A stretch of 64,000 nt of DNA, from the NCBI GenBank assembly GCA_037481815.1, contig JBBFKX010000003.1:220278-284277 (forward strand), given 5' to 3'. The stretch is from a candidate division WOR-3 bacterium (lineage in GTDB: Bacteria; Hydrothermota; 32-111). Shown in pieces: positions 35,850 through 46,600 of the stretch (its first letter is position 1; each line of letters starts with the position of its first letter). Below the pieces are notes generated by a model. That model saw only the letters and a program-made list of their open reading frames with translations. It was not told the DNA's origin and did no database searches. The position numbers were made by a program, and so were the translations under genes.

Positions 35850-37277
35850 TTAAAATACTAAAAATATACCCTTTCTTTTTTCTTCTCCACCTGAATAGAC
35901 CTTATAAATATAAAAACCATTATCACTATCAAAATTCTGCTTAAAAGTTTTTGATATATCAACATAAACTTTGTTTAAATAATTAATATCCAGAAACACT
36001 TCTCCTATAAAATTTCCAATGTTATCATAATAGGAGATTTTTATCTCATTTTTATCGGGGTTTTCAAATTCGATAATTGAAGATAGTTTTCCAAAGATTT
36101 CCTGTTTTTTGATGTTTTTTGCATTTTTTAAAATCTGATCAAGAATGTCAATGTTTAAATTTTTTGGTAAATACATAAAAAATGATATTGAGTCGGATAG
36201 ATAGTAAGGTCTATAATCTTTTGTTCTTTTATCCCAGAAAAACTCTATATCTTCATCATCAATTGGATCAAGCAAAAATTCTTTTCTTTCGATCTCATAA
36301 TATTCTCTAAATTCTATACCAAACATCATCTCTAAAAAATCCCTGGAACTTCTGTTTTCAGGTAGATTTAAAAATTGTATTATGTTTCTTGAAAATATAA
36401 AAGTTGGTATCTCTTTTGATATTTGTTTTAGTTCTGAAAGAAATCTTGTTTCCTTTAAAAGTTTTCCTCCATCAACATTTAAGTAGACAAAAATTTTAGA
36501 ACTATATTTTAAAATAGATTCCGCTGGAATTTCATAGTTATAAAATGTACTTATGAAATCAAAATTGAAATCGGAATAAAGCCCTGTGATATTATCTGTT
36601 ACCATCTTACTTCTTGAATCTATTAGAAAGGGATAAACAAAATTTTCAACTTTTGTTTTTGTTGTGAACCCCTCAAGGTAATAAAATGTATCAGAAAGCA
36701 ATCCAGTAAATTTTACCAGAGATATAGAATAATCTTTTTCATCAACAGGTTTTTTTATTTCAAAGGGAAAAGAGTTGTTATCGATAGAACTATCTTCCAG
36801 AACTGAAAAAATTTTTTGTGAAACAAAATTCTCATTTGATTCATACAATAAGAACAAAGAATCTATTCCATTTTTTATGAAATTGTTGTTATAAAAAAAC
36901 AAAACTCTTCCTTTAACAGAACTTCTAACACTATCAATTCTTAGATCAAAATCAGACGGGGAGATCTTTAGTTCAAGATACTCCATCCCTTCTTTTGTTG
37001 AAAATATTATAGTGTCAACGGTTCCAGGGATAAGGTCCTCTCTTAAACTTCCAACAAGCAATCTATCACCTTCAAACTTTAAAACTCCACCATCTGAAAA
37101 AAGTTTTCTGTTAAAATCTATTGAATAACTCTCAACTCCATAAAGCCCATTTATATATACCCTTTCCCCTGCTTCTATTGTTTTGTAATTATAATCTGAA
37201 ATCGATATTTCGCTGGAAAAGAAAATAATTGCAAAAAAAAGGGAACAGATAACAAAAAAGTTTTTATAACCATTCAT
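35850..37277 (-). CDS. Exported hypothetical protein with T9SS-CTD-like end
   Basis: Signal-like N-terminus from ATG 37277 (start uncertain); ends YYDNIG...NGFYIYKV...GIFLVF. Confidence 0.5.
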   Translation of the reverse strand: MNGYKNFFVICSLFFAIIFFSSEISISDYNYKTIEAGERVYINGLYGVESYSIDFNRKLFSDGGVLKFEGDRLLVGSLREDLIPGTVDTIIFSTKEGMEYLELKISPSDFDLRIDSVRSSVKGRVLFFYNNNFIKNGIDSLFLLYESNENFVSQKIFSVLEDSSIDNNSFPFEIKKPVDEKDYSISLVKFTGLLSDTFYYLEGFTTKTKVENFVYPFLIDSRSKMVTDNITGLYSDFNFDFISTFYNYEIPAESILKYSSKIFVYLNVDGGKLLKETRFLSELKQISKEIPTFIFSRNIIQFLNLPENRSSRDFLEMMFGIEFREYYEIERKEFLLDPIDDEDIEFFWDKRTKDYRPYYLSDSISFFMYLPKNLNIDILDQILKNAKNIKKQEIFGKLSSIIEFENPDKNEIKISYYDNIGNFIGEVFLDINYLNKVYVDISKTFKQNFDSDNGFYIYKVYSGGEEKRKGIFLVF

Positions 37278-37365
37278 ACCAATCATAAAGTATATTTTAT
37301 ATTTTTTTTTAGTCAATTATATAAATTTAACTTTAAATTTTCAAAAGGTCTGTTATAATTTTTTT

Positions 37366-38175
37366 ATGAACAATTTGATTTTAATTCCTGTCGGATTTTT
37401 AGTGGGAATCATTGGAACTCTTATAGGCGCTGGTGGTGGATTTTTACTGATGCCTTTTATGATGCTATACTTTTCAGATAAAACACCAAAAGAATTAACA
37501 TCTATATCGATGATTTCTATATTTTTCAATTCACTTTCGGGAACATACGCATACTTAAAAATGAAAAGGGTTGAACTTCAAACTGCTTTTATCTTTTCTT
37601 TGATAACCATACCTGGTTCAATAATTGGAACGATTATAACAGATCATATCAACAGAGAAAAATATAATCTCATATTTGGATTTTTTTTAATATTTATCAC
37701 TTTATTTCTTCTTTTCTTTAAAAAAATTGAAAATAAAGATAAAAATTTTTCCAAGATTGAAAAGAGATGTTATATTAAAGATTGTGTCGGTAACGAGTAT
37801 AGATTTTCATACAACCTTTTGACAGGTCTGACTTTAAGTTTTTTTGTTGGTTTTCTTTCACCGATTTTTGGAATCGGAGGTGGAGTTTTACATGTACCTT
37901 TTATGATAAAACTTCTCTGTTTTCCGCCCCATATTGCAACCGCAACATCACATTTTGTTTTGATGGTGATGAGTTTTGTTAGTGTGTTAACACATATTTT
38001 ATCAGGAATCGACAAGTTTGTTTTTTTGAACTCTTTTTTTCTAGTTCTCGGAATAATTCCTGGTGCCCAAATCGGAGCAAAACTTTCAAAAAAAATTAAA
38101 GGTGAGTTTCTCCTTTATTTTCTTTCGGTTGCTCTATTTCTTGTTGCAATTAGAATCTTATTTTTGAAAAATTAA
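37366..38175 (+). CDS. TauE/SafE (TSUP) family permease
   Basis: GTLIGAGGG, FGIGGG..HVP, ATATSHF, GAQIGA. Confidence 0.9.
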   Translation: MNNLILIPVGFLVGIIGTLIGAGGGFLLMPFMMLYFSDKTPKELTSISMISIFFNSLSGTYAYLKMKRVELQTAFIFSLITIPGSIIGTIITDHINREKYNLIFGFFLIFITLFLLFFKKIENKDKNFSKIEKRCYIKDCVGNEYRFSYNLLTGLTLSFFVGFLSPIFGIGGGVLHVPFMIKLLCFPPHIATATSHFVLMVMSFVSVLTHILSGIDKFVFLNSFFLVLGIIPGAQIGAKLSKKIKGEFLLYFLSVALFLVAIRILFLKN

Positions 38176-39386
38176 ATCAATCTGAAAATCGTTTTTCCAT
38201 ATTTTCTGTTAACAGAATAGCCACCTTCAGATGAAAAAGCAACATTTTCAGGATAAAACTCTATTGAATATTTGTCAAGTGAGGGGGAGTCCAACTCTTT
38301 CCATTTCCTAAAAGATGAAAGATATTTCTCAACAACACTTTCGCTTCCCCAGCTTACTATTTCATTTGAAAAGAGAATCACAAGTCCATTGTCCGATGTT
38401 TTCAAAACTGAGTGCCATAAACCATAACCGTTTTCTCTTCCTTTTACATCTGACTCATACAAGATAGCATCATCATTTGAAATCGCAAGAAAAAAGTTAA
38501 AGTTCGCTCTTTTTTTTCTTTTCTCAATTTTTAAAATCTCATCATCGTTGTCATTTTCAACAATATCTGAGAGTTCCTTTTTTAAATCATCCCTTTTTTT
38601 ACCATAGGTTTCAACTATTCTTTGTAATGATTGAATATTTTTTGCAAATTGTCTTTTATCGGAAAAAACACCTTCAAAATGAAGGAATTTTACAAAAAGG
38701 GTTGGCTTCCCAACAAGTTTGCTATTCTCTCTTTTAAAAGAGACAAGAGTTTCAATTCCTCTTGTCACAAGTGGTATGGAAAGATAACCACCATCCTTCA
38801 ACTGTTCAAAGAAAGGGATTTCAGGGCAACCACATGTTGCTATTATTGAATCGTATGGTGCTGATTGATAATATCCAAGCCCTCCATCGATGTTTATAAC
38901 TTTTATTTTCGAAAATCCTGCCCTTTTCAAATTTTCCAGGGCAAAATCTGTTATTTTTTTGTTTATCTCGATTGTAACAACATTTTCTTCTTTCCCTGAA
39001 ACATAAGCGAGTATTGCAGCATTATATCCCGAGCCGGTTCCTATTTCAAGAATTTTTCCTCCCTCTTTTACATTTGCATCTCTTGCCATAACAGCCATCA
39101 CAAATGGTTGAGATGAAGTTGAAAGAACTTTATTATCTTCAACCAGCACAACAAGTGGTGAATCAACATAAATTTTTTGCAAAAGTTCATCTTTTAAAAA
39201 TGTATAATTCAAATCTTGCTTTACAAAAATTCCATCTTTTTCTTCATATATATATGGAACAAAATAATGTCTGTATATTTTCAAAAATCCTTCAACGATT
39301 CTTTGATCCGGTTCTTTTTGATTTAATTTTTTGAATTTTTCTAAAAAAGAATTCACCATATTTTTGTTAAGTTCATCAACGAGCAT
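38172..39386 (-). CDS. Protein-L-isoaspartate O-methyltransferase-like protein with long C-terminal extension
   Basis: RHYFVP, STSSQP, LEIGTGSGYNAA, DGGLG...APYDSII; 404 aa. Confidence 0.8.
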   Translation of the reverse strand: MLVDELNKNMVNSFLEKFKKLNQKEPDQRIVEGFLKIYRHYFVPYIYEEKDGIFVKQDLNYTFLKDELLQKIYVDSPLVVLVEDNKVLSTSSQPFVMAVMARDANVKEGGKILEIGTGSGYNAAILAYVSGKEENVVTIEINKKITDFALENLKRAGFSKIKVINIDGGLGYYQSAPYDSIIATCGCPEIPFFEQLKDGGYLSIPLVTRGIETLVSFKRENSKLVGKPTLFVKFLHFEGVFSDKRQFAKNIQSLQRIVETYGKKRDDLKKELSDIVENDNDDEILKIEKRKKRANFNFFLAISNDDAILYESDVKGRENGYGLWHSVLKTSDNGLVILFSNEIVSWGSESVVEKYLSSFRKWKELDSPSLDKYSIEFYPENVAFSSEGGYSVNRKYGKTIFRLI

Positions 39387-39492
39387 TTTTTCTCCTTTTC
39401 TACAAATTTATTATAATAAGTTTTTGACAAAAATCAATTTTTTGTCAAATTCTTATAAAATGTTAATTTTTTGTTAAAAAATTGAACTACCC

Positions 39493-39521
39493 TTGACTTT
39501 AACATTTTTGGTGTTTAAAAT
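39493..39521 (+). promoter_or_regulatory. Sigma70-type promoter
   Basis: TTGACT-N17-TAAAAT, 8 nt before ATG 39530. Confidence 0.6.
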
Positions 39522-39529
39522 TTAGTTGT

Positions 39530-39886
39530 ATGAAAAAAATCGTTTTAATTTCATTCATAATTTTAACTTCATTTTCAATCATTTTCTCCCAGAGTTTTGG
39601 TAATTATAAAAATTTTGAAACGATTTCATCCTTCTTAAAACCTGATTCCCAATCGTATTCTTTTTCAACAGGATTTTTATTCAATAATAATTACAAAATA
39701 TCTTATTCCTTATTGAACGCAAACTATTTTTCAAAACTGAGCGACAATCTTATACTAAATTATGGTTTTGGTTATTTGAATTATAATTTAAAAGAGAATC
39801 TTGTCCTTTCAAACATTGGATTAACATATAGAAGAGATAATTTTTCAATTTCTTTAGAGGTGGGAAGAACATTTCAAGAAAAATAA
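39530..39886 (+). CDS. Exported hypothetical protein
   Basis: Signal peptide MKKIVLISFIILTSFSIIFS; beta-strand rich. Confidence 0.6.
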   Translation: MKKIVLISFIILTSFSIIFSQSFGNYKNFETISSFLKPDSQSYSFSTGFLFNNNYKISYSLLNANYFSKLSDNLILNYGFGYLNYNLKENLVLSNIGLTYRRDNFSISLEVGRTFQEK

Positions 39887-39908
39887 AATTTTTTAAGGGG
39901 AGTTTCTT

Positions 39909-42710
39909 ATGAAAAAAATTACTATCTTTATCCTGTCCTTATTGGTATTTCTTGCAATTTTTTCAACAGATTACAATATCAATGGCTGGCAGTTAAAACA
40001 ATATAACTCTTCTTATACCTATACTTTCGGTAACATAGATGTTCCTGGTGGATATTTTGTTATCGTCTGTAGGGGTGCAAGAAAGGCAAACTTTGAAGCA
40101 TATTATGGTGTCACACTTCCTTCAAATGTGATTTTCCTCGATTCTGTAGGAACTCTTCCAGTTTTAAATGGTGCTGAAACTTTTTCTCTTTACAATAATT
40201 TAGGTGTTAAAGTAGATACAACTTTTATGTCTCTAACAACTGGAAGGGTCTATTACAGAGATTCAACCAATACAAACACTTTTTCTTATCTAACATTCTC
40301 AACAACCAATGCAACTCCCGGAACGTCTGGCTCAACGGTTATAAATAAAGGAAAAGGAATCGTTATCACTGAAGTTTGCGATGCTGCAAACTATCTTTAT
40401 GAATATGTTGAACTTTACAATGACACAGGTGGATTTGTAAACACAAAACCAACTATCGGTAATGTGACTACAAGCCCTGCAATACCTTTTGAAAACGATA
40501 ATGTTAAAATTTCCTGCAGTATAACCGATGATGGAACGGTTGTTTCCGATACTATTTTCTATAGAGTGAACAGTGGCTCATGGAATAAAAAAACACATGA
40601 TTCTTTATCTGTTTCAACCTATTTTTACAATGTAGGAAGTTTTTCTGCTAATGATACTGTAAGGTATGTTATAAAAGCAAAAGATAATTTTGGAGATGAA
40701 ACTGTTTCTGATACTTTCACTTTCATAGTAAAACAAAAAGTGACACAAACTTTTAATCTTAATGGATGGCAGTTGAAACAGTACAATTCATCTTATACAT
40801 ATACTTTTGGTGATATTAATGTTCCCGGTGGATATTTTGTGATAGTTTGTAGAGGGGCAACAAAATCCAATTTTGAAGCACATTATGGAATAACTCTCCC
40901 TTCAAATGTGATTTTTATCGACTCGACATACAATATGCCAACCATAAATGGAGATGAAACTTTCTCCTTATATGATAATCTTGGGAATAAAGTTGATACC
41001 ACATTCTTCAATCTTGTAACAGGCAGAGTATATTTCAGGGATTCAACAAATCTGAATAACTTTTCTTACAATACTTTCAGTACCACAAATGCAACACCAG
41101 GTTCAGTTGGATCCACAATCATAAATAAAGGTAGAGGAATGGTCATCACCGAGGTCGTTGATAACACAACAAACTACCTTTATGAATATATCGAACTTTA
41201 CAATGATACGATTGGTGCTGCAAACACAGTGATTTCAAGTGTCACAAGAAACCCTGTTATCCCTCTATCAACACAACAGGATACTGTCTGGGCAGTGATC
41301 AAACATGAAGTTCCTTTAAAATCGGTTAAACTTATAGCAAGTAGTTATGACAGTGCATATATAGATACTTACAATATGTCTTTGATCTCAGGAGATACAC
41401 TTTATCGATACATATTAAACAGTAGAGGTGATGGTTGTAGATTTGAATGTTATGTTGAAGTTGTTGATTCCTTAGATCGAGTTGTTCAATCAACTCCTGA
41501 AAGATTCTTCTGGGGTATAACCCCAATACCAAGGTACAAAGAAAACGATCCTGTTGGAAAACCAAAATATCTTGGATACCTTACAAGAACGACAGGAATC
41601 GTTACCGTCGGAACTGGTGCATTTACACCAACACAAAATATAATCAACATTCAACAGAATTATATACTTGGTGCTGTCTGGAAAAACGATTCAATTAAAA
41701 GTGATGGTTCTGAGACAGTTATCCCTTCCGACTCTGTTATAGTAGAAGGAACAATAACATTTTACAATGGACAGACAAGAATTGGAAATCCATATTCAAA
41801 ATTAACCAAGATTAGTACAGGACATTATGTAGATACAATTCTCTTAACAGCAGATCACTTAAGAGATACTGTTGGAGATACTTATGAAGGTTTACTCTTA
41901 AAAATCAACGCAGCAGCAAGAATCGGAGGTACATGGCCAACACCTGGAACAAATTCACTTCTTGTATTCAGGGATACTGTTTTCACAAAAAATGGAACAA
42001 AGGCAATAGATACATTCCTCGTCTGGGTTGATTCTGACACTGATATAGATGATTCACCAGAACCAACATGGCCAAAACAGATTGTTGGAATTTTAACCCA
42101 GTATGATACTTCTGAACCTTACTGGTCAACCTATGAAGTTTATCCAAGATCAATACTTGATATGACAACAAATATTGGAATCAATGAATCATCAATTTCA
42201 GCAATTTTACAGAAAGATGGTGTCCTTTTGAAGTGGAACTTTACAGATATTAGTGACATATCTCTTATAAGAGTTGAAAGAAAAAGAACAGATGAAAAGT
42301 TTTATACAATCGTTGCTGAGTTGAAACCAGATCAGAGATTCTATAAAGATAAAGATGTGAAAAATGTAGCGACAGAATATAAGGTCATTGCAATAACAAC
42401 CAACGGTAAAGTGTTCGAGATTGGAAAAATTTCCATAACCCCCAAAACAAATGTTAAGGAATTTAACATATTATTAAATAATAACTTAGCAAAAGACATC
42501 ATCTCTTTGGAACTTTCAATACCAAAAGATCAAAAAATTGATCTTGGAATTTACAATTCAACAGGTGCTCTTGTAAAAAATATTTTTTCTGGTATAATAG
42601 ATAAAGGTTATTCAAAGTTCTTTATAAGTGTTAAAGATTTACCATCTGGTGTTTACTTTATAAAGGAGAAGAACAATAATCTATCTTTAAAATTGAATAT
42701 TGTTAAATAA
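39909..42710 (+). CDS. Secreted protein with two lamin-tail-like domains and a T9SS-type C-terminal domain
   Basis: Signal peptide; internal ~150-aa duplication (39981-40427 and 40761-41210); ends IYNSTG...LPSGVYFIK...IVK. Confidence 0.75.
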   Translation: MKKITIFILSLLVFLAIFSTDYNINGWQLKQYNSSYTYTFGNIDVPGGYFVIVCRGARKANFEAYYGVTLPSNVIFLDSVGTLPVLNGAETFSLYNNLGVKVDTTFMSLTTGRVYYRDSTNTNTFSYLTFSTTNATPGTSGSTVINKGKGIVITEVCDAANYLYEYVELYNDTGGFVNTKPTIGNVTTSPAIPFENDNVKISCSITDDGTVVSDTIFYRVNSGSWNKKTHDSLSVSTYFYNVGSFSANDTVRYVIKAKDNFGDETVSDTFTFIVKQKVTQTFNLNGWQLKQYNSSYTYTFGDINVPGGYFVIVCRGATKSNFEAHYGITLPSNVIFIDSTYNMPTINGDETFSLYDNLGNKVDTTFFNLVTGRVYFRDSTNLNNFSYNTFSTTNATPGSVGSTIINKGRGMVITEVVDNTTNYLYEYIELYNDTIGAANTVISSVTRNPVIPLSTQQDTVWAVIKHEVPLKSVKLIASSYDSAYIDTYNMSLISGDTLYRYILNSRGDGCRFECYVEVVDSLDRVVQSTPERFFWGITPIPRYKENDPVGKPKYLGYLTRTTGIVTVGTGAFTPTQNIINIQQNYILGAVWKNDSIKSDGSETVIPSDSVIVEGTITFYNGQTRIGNPYSKLTKISTGHYVDTILLTADHLRDTVGDTYEGLLLKINAAARIGGTWPTPGTNSLLVFRDTVFTKNGTKAIDTFLVWVDSDTDIDDSPEPTWPKQIVGILTQYDTSEPYWSTYEVYPRSILDMTTNIGINESSISAILQKDGVLLKWNFTDISDISLIRVERKRTDEKFYTIVAELKPDQRFYKDKDVKNVATEYKVIAITTNGKVFEIGKISITPKTNVKEFNILLNNNLAKDIISLELSIPKDQKIDLGIYNSTGALVKNIFSGIIDKGYSKFFISVKDLPSGVYFIKEKNNNLSLKLNIVK

Positions 42711-42734
42711 TAAAAGTGTTTCCCAATCCCGCTG

Positions 42735-42765
42735 AAAACTCCCTCTTGAAAAAGAGGGAGTTTTT
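42735..42765. terminator. Bidirectional intrinsic terminator
   Basis: AAAACTCCCTCTT-GAAA-AAGAGGGAGTTTTT between convergent genes. Confidence 0.85.
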
Positions 42766-42769
42766 ATTT

Positions 42770-43657
42770 TTATAGAATAGAATCGACAAAAAGGTCTTTA
42801 TCGAAAAACTCGAAGTCCTCTATACTTTCTCCAACACCAATGTATGAAATGGGTAAAGATAGTTCATCTGCAATCGTTATCACAGATCCACCTTTTGCTG
42901 TTCCATCCATTTTGGTTAAAAATATCGTATCAACATTAACCGCTTCTTTAAAATTCTTTGCCTGCTGTAAAGTGTTTTTCCCGTTTGTTGCATCTATTAC
43001 AAGTATTGAAAAAATTGGTAGTTGGGTAAATTTTAACTTTAAAACACTGTAAAGTTTTTTCAACTCTTCCATAAGATTTTTGTTCGTATGCATCCTTCCT
43101 GCTGTATCGATGATTATTTTATCAAAACCGTTTTCAAGACCATATTTTACCGATTCAAAAGCAGCTGCTGCCGGCTCTTTTCCGTTTTCAGGTACATAAA
43201 CAAAAGAATTCGCCCTGTTTCCCCATATCTCTATCTGATCAAAAGCAGCTGCCCTGAATGTGTCACAAGCACCAAGAAGAACCTTTTTTTCACTTTTAAC
43301 AAGATGGTTTGCAAGTTTACCAATAGATGTTGTTTTTCCTGAACCGTTAACACCTGACACAAGAATTATACCTGTTTCATCAAGATTGAAATAAACTGGA
43401 TCTTTGAGTATTTCTTTTAAAATCTTTTTCAACTCTTCAACTATATTCTCCCTTCCTATTATTACCCCTTCTTTCACTCTATCTTTTAACTTTTTTATTA
43501 TCTTCTGGGTTGTTTCAACTCCTATATCTGAAAGAATCAACTGTTCTTCAATAAACTCATAATCCTCCCTCTTTCCACCAAAAAAAGCACTTTGAACTAC
43601 ATCCTTAAGGGGAAGTTTTGCTTTTTGAAAAATATTTTTTAACTTATGAAGTAGCAT
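42770..43657 (-). CDS. ftsY: Signal recognition particle receptor
   Basis: GVNGSGKTT, DTFRAAA, DTAGR, TKMDGTAKGG. Confidence 0.96.
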   Translation of the reverse strand: MLLHKLKNIFQKAKLPLKDVVQSAFFGGKREDYEFIEEQLILSDIGVETTQKIIKKLKDRVKEGVIIGRENIVEELKKILKEILKDPVYFNLDETGIILVSGVNGSGKTTSIGKLANHLVKSEKKVLLGACDTFRAAAFDQIEIWGNRANSFVYVPENGKEPAAAAFESVKYGLENGFDKIIIDTAGRMHTNKNLMEELKKLYSVLKLKFTQLPIFSILVIDATNGKNTLQQAKNFKEAVNVDTIFLTKMDGTAKGGSVITIADELSLPISYIGVGESIEDFEFFDKDLFVDSIL

Positions 43658-46600
43658 CTTTCAAAAACCTTTCAGATATCGTCTGAAGATTCAAAGAGAA
43701 GACATTTGTGACTCCACTCTCCTCCATCGTAACCCCAAAAAGAAAATCACAGAATTCCATAGTTCTTTTGTTATGTGTGATTATAATAAACTGTGTTTTA
43801 TCTCTGAATTTTCTAAGCAGATTGCTGAAATTTTCAACTGTTGCATCATCAAATGGTGCATCTATTTCATCCATAATACAAACAGGTGTCGGTTTAACCA
43901 TATACATAGCAAAAAGGAGTATAACGATCATCATTCCCCTTTCACCTTCGGAGAGTTTTATCAGATTACCAATCTTCTTTTCACCGGGTTCAAAGATTAT
44001 ATTAATATCACTTTCAAGTGGGTTTTCCTCATCGACAAGGATTATATCCGCTTTTCCATTTTTATATATCTCGGAAAAGAGTTCTTTGAAGGAAACCCTT
44101 ATCGTATCAAAATATTGGGAGAATAAGAGTTTTGCTTTAGCATCAAGTGTTTTGATAGTTTTTTCAAGATTATCTTTCGACTGAACAACATCCTCTTTTT
44201 GTTTCAAAATCTCCTCAAGGCGTGCTGAAGTTTCAGTATATTCCTGAAAAGCGAGTTCATTAACTGGACCAAAGTTTTTAATCTTTTCATCAAGAAATTT
44301 TATCTCTTCCTCTTCTGTATCTAAATATTTTGAGATCAGATCGTAATCTATTTCAAAATTCAAATCTATCTTTTCATCGTTATTTTTCTTTTCTATTAAA
44401 ACCCTTTCTCTTGCAAGTAAATTTTCTTCATTTTCTCTTGTAATCTCCTCTATAAGGTTTCTCAACTCTTCTTCTTTTTCCTCTTCCTCTTTCAAAATAC
44501 TTTCTATCTCATCTATCCTTTCGTTTAGATCCTTTATCTGATCATCGATCGTCTCAACACTTTTTTCAAGACCAATAATTTTTTCTTCTTTATTTTCTAT
44601 CTCATTTTCATACTTTTTGATCTGTGATTTAGCTTCTTCAAAGAACGAGTTAAAACTTGAAACTTCTTTTTCATATCCAGTTAAAATGTTTTCTATCTCT
44701 TTTATATCCCTTTCAACATTCTCTTTTTCTTTTAAAAGTTCTCTGTAAACATTCTCAATTTCGTCTTTTCTGTTTTTAAAAACTATGTATTCGTCCCTTT
44801 TCTTCGTAAACTCCTCTTCAATCCGTTTAACCTCTCCCAAAAGTTTCTCTTTCTCCTGTTCAAGTTCTTTTATTTTTTCTTTACTATCATCCATTTCCTT
44901 TTCATAACCCAATTTTTTCTCATTTATCTCTTTTATCTTCTCTTCAATTTTTAAAATATACGATTTTTTCGCTTCAACATTTTTTTCAAATGCCTTTAAA
45001 CTTTCCAGAGTAAACTTTTCTTTTGCTGAAAGTTCGTTCAACTGGTTTTTCTTTTTATCATAGTTTGAATTCAAATCTTTTATTTCGTTTTTTATCTCAT
45101 CGATCTGCTTCTGAACCTGCTCGATTTCCTTTTCATATTCATTTATGTTTTTATGACAACTCTCTATTTCGTTCACAAAATTCAAAACTTTTACTTCACC
45201 TGATTTTATAAAGATTTTGTCAGGGGTAACGAGAAATCCATCTTTCGTTATAAGATAATTATCATTGTTAAGATTGTCAAAATCTATACTATCAACTATT
45301 TTAAAGTTTGAAAAATATTCTTTTATAAAATCTGGACCATCGATATAATTTGAAAGTAAATTTACATCTTCGCTTTCATTTTTTTTATAATTTAAATCTT
45401 TCAAGATTATCTGAACCTGAGGGGTTACTTTTCCTTTCAACTTTTCTATATCATCTTTTTTTAAAACTATACCATTTAAAATAACCGAAAGTGCTGTTTC
45501 AACTACCTGTTCATAACCTTCTTTTGGTTTCACAAGGTTTCTTATAAGTTCGATATCATCTTTTTGCAATATTTTTAAAACATCCTTAAAACTTTCCTTT
45601 GTTTCTTTTATCCTCTGTTCGATATGTTCTATCTTTGTTTTTTCAACGATTATATTTTTGTTTAAAAGATCCCTTCTATCATAAAGTTCTTTTTCTTTTG
45701 ATCTTAACACCTGCCTCTTCGAATCGATTTCATTTATCTCTTCCTTTATCTTTTCGATCTGGTTTAAAATCTCTACCTTCTCTTTTTTCAATTTTTCAAG
45801 TTCAACAATATTTGTTTCACTCTTTTTATTCTCTTCATCCAATTCTTTCTTTTTTTCTTCTATTATGTTTTCTTCATACTCAATCCTTGTTTTCAAAGAG
45901 TTAACCTTTGAATTCAAAACAACTATCTCTCCATCTATCTTTCTGATTCTGGATGAAATTTGCTCAAACTCGTTTTCACTTTTTCTGTAAACTGTTTCAA
46001 CATCATTTTCTCCCAACGAATTTCTATCATTTTCAATCTTTTCTATTCTTCTTTTTAAATTTTCGACTTTTTCAACATCGTTTTTCAATCTTTCCCTTTT
46101 CAATGGCATTTCTTCTGTAATCTTTTCCTTAAACTCCTCTTTATTTTTTATCTGTGTTTCAAGACCTTTAATTCTCTCGTTTAAAATTGAAACACTATTT
46201 TTGAGTTCAAAAAGATTATTTTGTAAACTCTCTTTCTCTCCAAGTTTTATTTCGAGTTGGTTTTCAAATTCATATTTTTCATTTCTTTTTTCTTCTATCA
46301 GTTTTTTTATATTTTCAATTTCTTTATGAAAATTACCTATCCTCTGATTTTTTTCATCTATCAGTTTTTCAATTTTTAAAAGTTCTTCCTCGAGTTTAAC
46401 ATTCTTTTTTCGGTAATAATCCTGAGAAAGATTCTGATAGAGAGTTTTCATCTCAAAATATTTTTTCGTTCTTCCCGCCTGCTTTTTCAACTCTTTTGCA
46501 TTCTTCTCTATCTCCATTATAAGATCGTTTATCCTGTTGAGATTCTCCTGTGTTGCTATCAGTTTTCTTAAAGTTTCCTTTTTTGAGTTTTTGTATATCG

